Shown: positions 12,731 through 23,970 of the stretch, in pieces
How the letters are laid out: the number at the start of each line of letters is the position of its first letter
Numbering within the stretch: the stretch's first letter is position 1
Assembly: GCA_964188305.1 (NCBI GenBank)
Contig: OZ076895.1
Origin: Podarcis bocagei
Lineage: Eukaryota
Strand: one strand, 5' to 3'
DNA: 64,000 nucleotides
Program-made: the position numbers and the translations under genes
Notes under the pieces: generated by a model
Told to the model about the DNA's origin: nothing
The model's input: the letters and a program-made list of their open reading frames with translations, nothing else
Databases searched by the model: none

Positions 12731-13164
12731 CTAAATGGCCTCGGTCCAGTATACCTGAAGGAGCGTCTCCACCCCCATCGTTCAGCCCGGACACTGAGGT
12801 CTAGTGCTGAGGGCCTTCTGGCAGTTCCCTCACTGCGAGAAGCCAAGTTACAGGGAACCAGGCAGAGGGCCTTCTCAGTAGTGGCACCTGCCCTGTGGAA
12901 CGCCCTCCCACCAGATGTCAAAGAGAAGAACAACTACCAGACTTTTAGAAGACATTTGAAGGCAGCCCTGTTTAGGGAAGCTTTTAATGTTTAACGGACT
13001 ACTGTATTTTAATACTTTGTTGTAAGCCACCCAGAGTGGCTGGGGAAACCCAGCCAGATGGGCGGGGTATAAATAATAAATTCTTCTTCTTCTTCTTCTT
13101 CTTCTTCTTCTTCTTCTTCTTCTTCTTCTTCTTCTTCTTCTTCTTCTTCTTCTTCTTCTTCTTC
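12731..13164 (+). mobile_element. young L2-clade LINE 3' end with (TTC)n tail
   Basis: Uninterrupted frame LNGLGPVYLKERLHPHRSARTLRSS...RAFSVVAPALWNALP...FREAFNV*, then 3'UTR and (TTC)n at 13081-13164. Confidence 0.88.
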
Positions 13165-14756
13165 ACTTCCTAAAAAGGGTGTGGAATCTTTTTGCTCTAG
13201 CTGTTGAAATTGGACTGTCTAGTTCCTATCGATCAGAGTAAAGTTGATGCCAGTTGCCTCTTTTAAGGGAATGCTTGTAATTATAAAGGGGAATTGCTTA
13301 GTTTAGGACAGCCATTTAGAAAACAATAGACATCTTCTGCTTCTACACTTCATGCTTCCATAAAGCATAATAGATGTCCCTCATTTCAGAAAGTTATCAG
13401 CACTAAAGGGTCTCAAACTGGCATCCTCATTCCCAGGAGGAGGCTCATTGGTGGAGAGCTTGTTGTCCCTTCCAATTATCCCCACCCACGGCATTTCTGC
13501 TTGACCACTAGTGACTCTTCTGGCTTTGGTTTCAGCAACAGTCTACTTGGCCTTGCTTGGGGCTGAAACTTCTCAGCCTGTACTTCCTTTCCAACTACCT
13601 GCAGCCTTGTGCCACTCCCAGCTCCCTGCCCTTACTCCCTGCTCTGTTTGGACAGGCTCTCTGGGGGCTGGGTATGACCTTGGCACTATTTGGCTATGAT
13701 TCTCCATGGCATCAGCAGCTGAGATTTGACTGCCTTGCCTCTCTCCGGAGTCTCCCAGCTTACTGGCTGCATGTCACGCTACAATGGAGATCCTGCAAAG
13801 ACTCGCAGGAGCTTGCATGTGTGAACCCCACAACTCCAAATGATCCATGATTTTAGAAAGACAACCCAACATCTGACTGCAGACATACAAATTGAATTGA
13901 GTACAGTGGCGTAGCGTGGGTTGTCAGCACCCGGGGCAAGGCAAGTAATTTGTAGAGAATGTATCTGGTGTCTCTGGTTCACATTTTACTATTGCGTGTT
14001 TTACAAAATTCTCCAGATTTGCTTGAAGCACTACATAAGAGCATGTATATATCATCAGAAAACCACCTCAAAGCAGTGAAACCAATGAGTTATCTTATGT
14101 CATATCAGTTATGTAAACAATTATTGTGCGAATCAGTCCATATTCACTGATTTGCCTCTATCACATAAGCCACGATCATGGCTTAGTATTCAGATATGGT
14201 GCAGAAATGTATGGTTTGTGCATTTGTGTGGCATACCACAGAATTCTGGTGAACATATAGGTAAAGCAGGAATATGCAAAATTTCACTGAAGAGAATCAC
14301 ATATACACATAGTACAGTATATCAAGAGTATGTTTCTCTTCCCTCTTCTCAAATTTTCATTCCTATTTCTCCTATGTTCCCCCTCCTTTATGCTCGGTTA
14401 TTGAGATGATTTAGCACACATCCTTACAGTCAATCCAAACCGGCCCATCTTCCCAACTACTCTCTTTTTCCTGTATCGAAGGCCCTGAAGGCCCAACTAT
14501 CATTCTCTGGTTCCCATGGCAATGACAGGGGCAACCAATCCCAGAGTTCATTGCTTCTGAAGCCAAGTGCTCATAGCAGATGTGGGGTCCCCCCCCACTC
14601 AGTCCCCCCCCCCAAATGAATAGGTAATTTCTTCCCCAAACAGTTTTTGGGCAAACTTCTGATGTTAGAGTTCCATATGAAGCCATCAATGAACTCTCTT
14701 CTGTCTTCTCCCGGAGAAAGTACTACCTCATCTGGTTTTCATCATTACTGGCAGAT

Positions 14757-14761
<5 letters not shown>

Positions 14762-14807
<46 letters not shown>
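14762..14807. repeat. (CA)n microsatellite
   Basis: Direct reading. Confidence 0.98.
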
Positions 14808-14809
<2 letters not shown>

Positions 14810-15926
14810 CACAACACACACAGAGCAATTCTGTAGAAAAGAAAAATACTTATTTTAAAAGTTTTGCATGCAAGTCTATACAAATTTAAGGGCACCCCAT
14901 ATTTTTTCCAGATATTTTGCTTTTGAATGTTTGGTGTCATGAATGCTAGTAGCCACTAAGTGGAGCTGTTGGGCCACAGTTTCGACCGATCTTGAAAGAA
15001 CATATTTTGAAATTGGAAAGCAGACCATATGCTTACTGGGGGTTGGGGTGGGAGTGGTTGATGGGCGCTCATAACGGTAGAAAAATGGTCTTCTTTGATA
15101 CAGGGTGCACTGAAAAATAATCCATATGCATTTTTCATGCATGACAACTGTTCTTTCTTTGGTAGCTTTGGTAATTTAAGACTGGTTCAATGAGCGGAAG
15201 CTCTATTTTGGCTTTATTAGTTATCTGCTAAAACTCCATTTCACGGAAGAATAACAATGATAATGTTGGGCTTTAGTTCCAGGGCTTTAGAAAATTTCTC
15301 TCAAAAGGGTCTCTCAGGTGACTTCTTCTGTTCCAGGGCAAGTAACAACAAGGATAATGATGTCTTATTAGTGCTTTGGAAGTTTCCACTTCCAACACAG
15401 AGCTGGAGGTGGCAGGAAAGCAAAATGGCTTCCCCCATGCCTGTGGTTAAAATCTGACAACTGTCCATTTGCTTCTTTCTGTTGCCTCAGGTGGTGGACT
15501 TCACCGCTCCTAATAGCAAGGGTGGCCCTGCTTCAAATTTGTTCATAAAGAAGATGAGAGAGAAAAGTGGACCACAAATTGCCACGACTCCTGTGAGTGA
15601 ATCAATGTGGGCAAAGGTTAGCTGGCAATAAAGCTGCAGAAAATGCCATGCATTAGTTTAGGATATTTGGATTTCTAACCCATGCCGTCAGGAGCACGGG
15701 GTGCCTACCTACGGATAACTATGCTGATAAAATCAATGCGAACAATGATTGAAACCAGAACCAGCAACAAAAATCAGTAGAGCAAAGATTGATATCAAAC
15801 TTCCTGACAGCTATGTGCCAAAGGCATGAGGGAATTAATATATTTTCAGCTGTCACATAAAATATGGTAATGGGGGGGGGGGGGCAGCCGGATCTCCACC
15901 ACGTGGGAATTCAAGAGGGTTGCTAC

Positions 15927-16417
15927 ACTGCAAAGTATTGGAAGACACAAGATTTACCCACTCTGGAAGAATGGCAGATGAAGGTGATGGACTATATGGA
16001 ACTGGCGGAAATGACTGGCAGAATCCGAGACCAGGGAGAAGAGTCGGTGGAAGAAGATTGGAAGATATTTAAAGACTATTTACAGAAATACTGCAAAATT
16101 AATGAATGTTAGAATGATGTCAGAATGAAGTTAAGTGGTTTTAGCAGCAATGTTATAAAGGAGTATGTAAAAATGGTTTGTTAACAGGTGAGAATCTAAA
16201 GTTACAATATATTAACTGAACTGGAATACAAAAAAGGGAGGTGTGAGGAGGTCAGGGAAACAAGTAAATGAAAGACAAGACATGGAAAGATTGATTTGTT
16301 TTTAAGTGTTTTTATTTTTCTGTATTTTGTATTTTTGCTTTTCTTTTTTTCCCTTTTCTTATTTTTGTAACCTTTTTTGAAACTTTAATAAATATCATTT
16401 AAAAAAAAACAAAAAAC
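15927..16417 (+). mobile_element. 5'-truncated L1 (ORF2 C-terminus + 3'UTR + poly-A)
   Basis: AKYWKTQDLPTLEEW...DYLQKYCKINEC*; AATAAA at 16387; A-rich tail; 14-bp TSD AAGAGGGTTGCTAC (15913-15926, 16418-16431). Confidence 0.92.
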
Positions 16418-16499
16418 AAGAGGGTTGCTACCCCATCCAGTAAAGGTCACTTACCTAATTCTTGGACCTGGGAACTACTCTGCCAGAGTGCCTCTGCCT

Positions 16500-16700
16500 C
16501 ATCAGGATTCAACAGTTTATTGGCCCTCATCCAACCCATCACTGTCTCCAGACACCGGTCCAGCACTTGTATAGATTCTCCTGATTCAGATGGAATGGCA
16601 AGTTAGAGCTGAGTGTTATCTACATATGGGTGACAATCATCACACACTAAATCTCTGGATAACACCTCCCAGTGGTTAAGTAGCATGGGAAATAGAAAAA
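16500..16700 (-). mobile_element. old L2 RT fragment
   Basis: Minus-strand YVDNTQL resembles the RT YADDTQL motif. Confidence 0.45.
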
Positions 16701-16939
16701 AGCAATAAACTCAGGAAAATAAAATACCCAATAAAGGGGCAATATATCAAAGTGAAATAGCTCATACTCATTTAAGTAGCACAAGGAAAACCTGTCGAGA
16801 ATGCACATCTGACTTCTGAAAGTCACCAGTTCTGATTTTTTTTAATAAAGGAAATGTATTAGGAATTAAAATTAAATTAAAATAATTCTTTTTGTTGAAT
16901 AAAATTTTGATTATTTTTTTTTTGGGGGGGGGGAATCCA

Positions 16940-17222
16940 AGTTCCAGACAATAGGGATGGCAGCATAAGGTTTGTGAGATAATAATTACGGCCAAATTAA
17001 CCAATTTTACATTGACAAGAGATAAAACACTGTATAGATTTTGGATGGAAGTAATTCCCCCCTTTATTAAGTATTGAATGAGTACGCACAATTTACAAAT
17101 CTAAGCACAGTGTGGTTTATTCATGCTGTAATAATTATTTTCTATTTATAAACTGTTTTAGTGTGTGTAGTGTTGCTTTTTTGGTCCCCCCTTTTTTCTG
17201 CTGTTAACTTTTTTTAAAAAAA
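16940..17222 (+). mobile_element. old L1 3' end
   Basis: AKLT...F..W-type ORF2 terminus remnant, T-rich UTR and A-tract. Confidence 0.45.
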
Positions 17223-17412
17223 GTTTTGATTTTTGAAAAGTTGATCTGTCATCCTTTCTGTTGTGCAATAGAAAGAAGGGCAATAGATGTTAAAAACAGT
17301 GTAGGATTCAAAGATTTAGCTGTAGCAGCCAGAAAGATTTTTACTATCTTAATCATGTCATTAAGGAGACAGCATTAATAGGTTTGGCTAATCAACATTT
17401 CAGTTGCAACTT

Positions 17413-17878
17413 CAGGCATGGAAAACCTCTGGCTCACAGGCCAAATTAGGCCTAATGTGGTTGTAATTTGTCTTGCAAGCCACACCCACCCAGGCCATGC
17501 TCTGACACTTGACATATGTGAGGTTGGTAAGGCCATGGCTACAAAGGTGCAATGAGGAGTATAAAGGGAGCTCTCAATTGTTCCTTTAGAAGTGGGGCTC
17601 ACAGACAGGGCCAGTCACTGATCAGTGCTGAGAGAGAGCTCCGCAGTTCAGCTGTGCCAGGGAGTCCCCTATCTGGGAAAATGCCCACTTGCAAGTGAGG
17701 TTTGAATTCAAGCCATGCTTGCAATAGGACAAAGCAGGTGAGCCCCTTTGCAGTGAGCCCCTTTGAAGTTGCCATAATGATGTCAGGTGATTGATAGATG
17801 GGTGGCCCCGTCTTTCAGAATGGCCCCTGGGGAAGCCGAGGATCCAGCCCACTGGCCACAAAAGGTTTCCTACCCCTG
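17413..17878. mobile_element. degenerate hAT-type non-autonomous element
   Basis: CAGGCATGGAAAACCT ... AGGTTTCCTACCCCTG imperfect TIRs. Confidence 0.5.
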
Positions 17879-18978
17879 TACCACTTCATACATTGTCCTA
17901 AGTGTGATCTCACCATGGAAAAAAATGTAGAGTAGGAAGATATGCAGTCAAATCCCAGTATAACTGTATACACAACCATTGCTGGAAACCTGGACAGAAC
18001 ATTGTTGCTTGTCCTCTTTTTCTTCATCTAGATACCTGACAAAAGAGACAAGCTACTGCAAAATCTTTTAAGGCAGGTCAGAGGCTCAAACCAGAGGCAG
18101 TCTGTAATATGAGGTGCCAGGAAAGTAGTCAAGCAAAAATAATGCAGAATAGCCTAGTAACTTCACTCACAGATGTTGCTTAGAGAGATATATCAAAATA
18201 TGCTGTGTGAGAAATATAACAGGAAGTGGAGAATCAATGATTCCCCAAATCACCTAAGTCCCAGTTCATGAGAGTTCTGAGAGGCTCTCCTGCTAGGTGC
18301 CTGAAAGTACCAACAGAGCCCTTCTTTGACCATTTGTACAGGAGACTGAGACTTGTTCTCCAAACTGTTTTCCTACTGGAAGCACCTACTGGCTGATTTA
18401 GTAAGTTCTTCTTTGCTTTTCCTTAGTCAACATCTATGGTGCCCTCTCTTGCTGACTGGGAAATAACTCCATAGCAAATGGCATCTGATAGATCACTCAG
18501 AAGACATTATTCCTTTAATAGGAAAATATCCACAACAGAGAGCCAACAGAGAGTCATTTCCTTTGCAATGTGAGGCACATTGCTGATAATTTTAAACCAA
18601 GTTGGCAACCAAACTAGAAGACTAGGGAATTCCTGTCTTTATTGATGCAAAGGGCCTTGACCATTACTTAGACAGCAATTAACATGGAGAGCATTGGGTG
18701 TGTCAGAAATATCAATTTGCTTATGTTTGAAAGGATGCTAGCATGTTCAAACCAGCAAAAAACTGGTAGCAGTAGAAATAATCACATTGCATTTAGGCAG
18801 AACACCATGGAGACTTTAAAAATACTGTGTGCATGATAGCTTCTAGAAAAGTACAGTGAGTCATTTCCAACTGCATAAGAAAAAATACCAAAGGAAACAG
18901 TTGTATGTTTGCATGATGGAAGATGCAACCAAGACAAGACCCAAGAGGTGCTTTTCTTTATGTGTTATGTGTTACTTT

Positions 18979-19040
18979 TTGTGGCTGATGAAGTGAACTC
19001 TAGTCCATGAAAGTTAATGCTATAATACAATTTGTTTGAT
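18979..19040 (+). mobile_element. Penelope-like element fragment with degenerate minimal hammerhead ribozyme
   Basis: CTGATGA-(GTGAAC tcta GTCCAT)-GAAA core; flanks TTGTGG/CTATAA can pair as helix I. Confidence 0.55.
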
Positions 19041-19089
19041 TAGAATTATCAGAACTTGGCAAGGCAGAGAATGAAACATGTGAAAGTAT

Positions 19090-19690
19090 CATTTCAGGCC
19101 ATCCCAATCCCTGCCAAGCCTTGCACAGGATTCCAGGGGTATTGGCCCCCAACCAGGGTCTCTGCTCTTTTGGAGAATTGAAAATGTGACGGAGGCTGTT
19201 GTAGCTTTAAGAAATATGGTTTATTCACATATTTACACCTGAGTTTGGATGGAGGGCATTTGGTCTTACAGCATGGTCATCTCAAGAGGGGCTTGTTCCC
19301 CACAGCAGTGTGGTAGTAGAGTTGAAGGCACCTCTTCCAGCCTGCCTTCAGCCAGCTTGCCCAAGATGGATCTCTCTCCTTTCCTGTTCCCAGCACACCT
19401 TGCTAAAGACACTCTTTTCCTTTCCCCACTCTCTCACACCCCATCACCTTGACAACCTCTGTCTGTCCAGGCCCAAGGATTCCTCTTAGATGGGTCATCA
19501 ACACCTTTTGTCATGTGAATGGATTTGCTCTTCATCAGCCCAGCCAAGCTGGTTTGCAAAAGCTAGCACAGAGACTGCTTGTCTGGCACAGTTCTGCAGC
19601 TTGTATTTCTCCCTTCCTATCCCAAACAATCAAAATACTACCATTTAATAATTTCTATGGTTTGGGGAGGTGTCCCCGAAACCTATAACA
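19090..19690 (-). mobile_element. solo LTR related to 34673-35305
   Basis: Minus strand begins TGTTATAG; shares AATAAACCATAT...TAAAG..AC.ACA.TCTCC and ...CCCTGG...CCCCT.GAATC...GATTGGG.TGG with the 35.2-kb LTR. Confidence 0.6.
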
Positions 19691-21142
19691 ATGTACTGGT
19701 GGAAATAAAAGACCTTAAAGTCCTTAATATTGAACTGGCTTGCTTTAATGCTAAGCCAGAGGTGGGGAATCTCAGGCCTAGTGTCAAATGAGGCACTCCA
19801 CGCTTCTTTTTCTAGTTGCCACCAGAGCTAGAAGTTAGGTGAGATGGAACAGAAGAGGGTGCTTGGAGGGTTGTGGGTGAGATAGAGGTGGGACAAATGC
19901 TTGTGGTGGTTGGGACGAGGAGGGGCTCAGAGGCTCACCAATGTTACTAGGAGAGGGGTTGGCCTTGTCATACTTCAGATGACATCACTGGGTACATGAT
20001 GGAGTCCAATGTGGGTTATAACAAGGTTTGGAATAAAATGAACCATTTCCATAATTTGGGGTGGGGGGTAAATTCAATTTTTGAAACCTAATCCTGAGCC
20101 AATATCTCTCCTAGAAACTCAGGTACCAACTTAGTTCATTCCAAGCCAAGTTGTGAGTCTAACCAGGAGGATGGAAGGGAAATGCAGTATTTGGTCTGTT
20201 GCTAATTCCAGCGCTTGTTGCCGTCATCTGTAGAATATCTAATCTGTTCAATCGGAATTAATGGCAGAACATGGTTGGGGTATGCTATGAACCCCGTCAG
20301 AAAAGGAAGTAGTCACTTGTCTGCTGAGAGTAGGGGACTTCCCTTATGAAACACAAACAGAATATAAATAAGAAAGGCCAGCAACAGAACTTGGGGAGTA
20401 CAAACTAGGATCCTTCAGGTACATTGAAATGCGTTCCGTCATTATACAAATGCATGCAAACATGCAAGACCAAAGTGCTAGAGTAAAGACTGGTGTGTAT
20501 AGCAGATACTCTTATGCTGACAACTGTTTAAGTGTGTCTTATGTGCAACATTACTGGCCCTATAAATGTCTCGCCTATCTTCACCAATAGTAAGAACATC
20601 TTTGTGCCAGACCTGAAGAACTTACTTTGTTTCATGTTGTTTTCAGTTGTTGGCATGGAAAAGGTTATTGATCTGTGTAACTGTTTAATAATTCAGGCTT
20701 TCCATTCTTGAACTGTGAGCTTCTTTGGTTAAGAGTAAAAGGAACAGGTGAATGAAAACTATTCATAATTGGTCATGAGAGAGACAACGCTACTCCTATC
20801 ACAAAAATTCAAAAATAGAAATATTATATTTGCATTTTTTGGAACTATAGGCAGAGATTCCTCATGCGGCTGACTATATCAGCTCTGGACAAAGACTGAA
20901 CTCAATGATTTTAAATGGTGGTATCAGAGTTAAAAATGTCATTTAAAGGTGTTAAGAGTGACCAATATATTTTTCTGAAGCAAAAGAAAAGGCCACTAAA
21001 CTACAGAGAGGCATTCAGCAATGAATTTCCACACCTAAGAAAAGGAAGGACAGATTCTCAAGGATACCATAGCTTTCACACGTGATGATTAATTATTTTA
21101 AATAGACTAATAGCACAATCCTACTAAAAGTAAGGTTTACTA

Positions 21143-21278
21143 TAGGCATGGCCAAACTTGCCCCTCCAGATGTTTTGGGACTACAACTTCCATCATCCCT
21201 AGCTAACAGGACCAGTGGTCAGGGGTGATGGGAATTGTAGTCCGAAAACATCTGGCGGGCCAAGTTTGGCCATGCCTG
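21143..21278. mobile_element. hAT-type MITE
   Basis: TIRs TAGGCATGGCCAAACTTG / CAAGTTTGGCCATGCCTG; 8-bp TSD GTTTACTA/GCTTACTA. Confidence 0.88.
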
Positions 21279-21633
21279 GCTTACTATATTCAGTGGGGCT
21301 TACTCTCAGGACAGGATTAGGCCTTATATTGCCTTAGGACAATATAAAATTGTCCTTAAAAAAAAGTATGATGACTCAACTATATGTTGCATGTGAAAAT
21401 ATCCATGAAGACTCAATGATCTATTTCAATCTTGTCAAGGAACTTTGTAAGAAATCATTTTGAGGGAGAATTCAGCAGGAGAGGGGTTGCTCAACCCTTT
21501 CCCAACACACCACAGAATTGATATAATTAGCAATATGCAAATTAAGCCACTTAGATTTGGGAAACTGGAATCTGGCATCCCCAAGGGCAGTGAACTGAGT
21601 ACCATGAAACAATAAAGTGACAGTTCACCATTA

Positions 21634-21883
21634 CAGTCACACCTTGGTTTTCGAACAGCTTAGTTTTCTAACGTTTTGGTTCCCGAATGCTGCAAACCCA
21701 GAAGTGACTGTTCTGGTTTGCGAACTATTTTTGGAAGCCAAACATCTGACGGGGCTTCTGTGGCTTTCAATTGGCTGCAGGAGCTTCCTGCAGCCAATCA
21801 GAAGCCTCGCTTTGGTTTCCGAACGTTTTGGAATTTGAATAGACTTCCGGAACGGATACCATTCGACTTCCAAGGTACAACTG
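21634..21883. mobile_element. Tc1/mariner (pogo/Tigger-like) MITE, family C
   Basis: TA|CAGTCACACCTTGG ... CCAAGGTACAACTG|TG. Confidence 0.75.
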
Positions 21884-22235
21884 TGTTCAATATCTCTATT
21901 TGATGAAGAAAAAATTAAAAGTTGAACACATAAAAAGCATAAATGATATTAAACAAATATCCTGAGTCAATTTGGCCCATATGCTCACCATGCCACATTG
22001 GTTGTGTGAATTGGTCCTGAATTACACTACTATAATCCCCAACACTGACATAAAAATTAAGGCTCAAACCAAAGCAGAATTACCAAGGTGAATCAGGGCC
22101 TTGTATCCACTCTGCAGCTCGTCAACTACCTGTGAAAAAAGGTCATGCTAATCATAGGGCATTTTCATATGTGAGGCTGAATCAGTCTGTAACACAAATG
22201 TAAAACACATATTGGCTGCAAATGTAAATTTGGTT

Positions 22236-22392
22236 TGCAGAGGGTTAGTAGTTGTATTAATCTCTTGCAGCAAAAAGAACCAAGAGTCTTTTGGTACCTT
22301 AGTTTAAAACTTTCCTGTAGCCAATGTAGTCTTTGAAAGCTTATGGCATAATAAGTTAGTTTTTAAGGTGTCACAAGACTTTGTGGTTTTTA
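22236..22392. mobile_element. Penelope-like element remnant with inverted terminal pieces
   Basis: GAAAGCTTATG...TAAGGTGTCACAAGACT and an inverted copy AGAGTCTTTTGGTACCTTA. Confidence 0.5.
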
Positions 22393-23672
22393 TATAAATT
22401 CAATTTTTCTTTTTTCCTATATTAACATCAACATGACACAAATAGTGAAAAAGAAGTCCAAAAGTTCATCTAAGCCTTACGTATGAACATCTATTGCTGT
22501 GATAAATTTATCACCTGCCCTTCACCACCAGGTCCCAGGTTGAGTTATAACCATTTAAAATTCAGAATTAGAAACAGTTAAAGCAGATTGCAGTCAAAGG
22601 AACAGGGTGGGTCCTGAAAAGGCCAGCAGTGAGCAAGCACAAGATTCCCAAGGGAAAGCCACACATTCCATGACCTCCACCCCCCAAACCAAGACAGCAC
22701 AACTCTGAGAAAACCTCCAAGAAGAAATAGATTGTTTGTGTGGAATCAGTTCCAGCTGATATTAAGATGGAACCTGAAGAGCATGACTGTATTTTTGAGA
22801 GGGACATCAAAAGGAGAAGTTTGCCATGTGTCATTTCTATCAGTGAAGCAGTAGGATGGAACAAAACTGCACACGCTGAACATCTTGCCATGTAGTCATT
22901 AAAGACACATGTTCCTTAATTTGTTCAGAAGTTAGTAATCCTGGCAGTGATCTGCAAATTCATTTTTAGAGTACTGTTATCATTTGGATCCAAGAGAACA
23001 AAAGACATTAATGATCAGAAATCTGATCAGGAGATTAATAAAATTGGCAGAACTTGGCAGGATTGTACAGATGACTGGTGTGCCAAATAGGAACTAATTT
23101 ATCGCTTGGTAAGCTGTTGTCTCCATTCACTGAATTGTGTACAACAGCCCTCTTAGGACTGTACCACTTTAGAATGTAAGTGTGAGACCCATGGTGGAAA
23201 GCTCCCTGCTACTGAAAAGTTAGCTAGTCAGGGAGAAGGCTCTAGCTTAGCTTCCTCCCTAGTGAGTTAGCTTTCTGCATGCAAAGAGTTTTATTCCTGT
23301 GCTAGTTAATTCAGTCATGTGTTTCCCTACCTGCATTCTGAAGTAGGAAGTTTCTGAAGTGATCAGGAGGACTGCATTGTGTCCTTTTTCTGAAGGCAGA
23401 GATGACTTTTATTGGGTTCTAATGCTTTAAGTGTGAAAGCATCAGCTTAGACAGCTGAAAAACAGAAACAACAACGGCCACCAAGTTTTCTCAATTCTAC
23501 CTTTCACAAATCTCCGAGAAACTGTTTCTTTTAATGGCCAGAAAGCACAACTCAAACTCTCCACTCTCACCACTTGGAGGACTAGCGGCTCGCTTGTTCC
23601 AACTGAGGCATCACGAGGCAAAGCCAAAATACGTGCTTTGTTCTGGATCTCAAGCATCCCAGCAATGGCCTT

Positions 23673-23970
23673 ACCAATGAGCCTTAATTTGTCTGTTAAA
23701 AAGTAAGATTGCGTGCATCTTTTTAAAAAGTCCAATTCTTTCGTTTCAAGCTAAAAATAGGGTGACAGAGGGACCGTGGGATAAGCAGCTGGAGCGGAGC
23801 GAGTCGGTTGCCATAGTAACCAATGAGCCATTTAGCAGTACTTGCCTTGGTTGTATAGTTGCTAGGGTTATTTTCTTCTCTTCAGCTATGTGGGGAGAGG
23901 GGGGGAGAGGGGCCTTGCAAAGCACCATAAATGTCCAGTTTCCTCTTCTGCACCTCCATAACCAATAATG
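23673..23970. promoter_or_regulatory. RFX X-box + CCAAT cluster (promoter/enhancer-like)
   Basis: GTTGCCATAGTAAC 23807-23820; GTTGCTAGGGTTAT 23858-23871; ACCAATGAGCC twice (23673, 23819); third CCAAT at about 23962; locally CpG-enriched, repeat-free. Confidence 0.6.

Noticed and set aside
14721-14730. Minus-strand TGAGGTAGTA (let-7 5' end) / plus-strand let-7 seed match
   Set aside because: Only 10 nt match, no precursor hairpin, and no evidence of a 3'UTR context.
22731-22895. Open plus-strand frame containing DIKMEPEE (SUMO-like motif)
   Set aside because: No proper acceptor, in-frame stops on both sides, and no recognisable domain.
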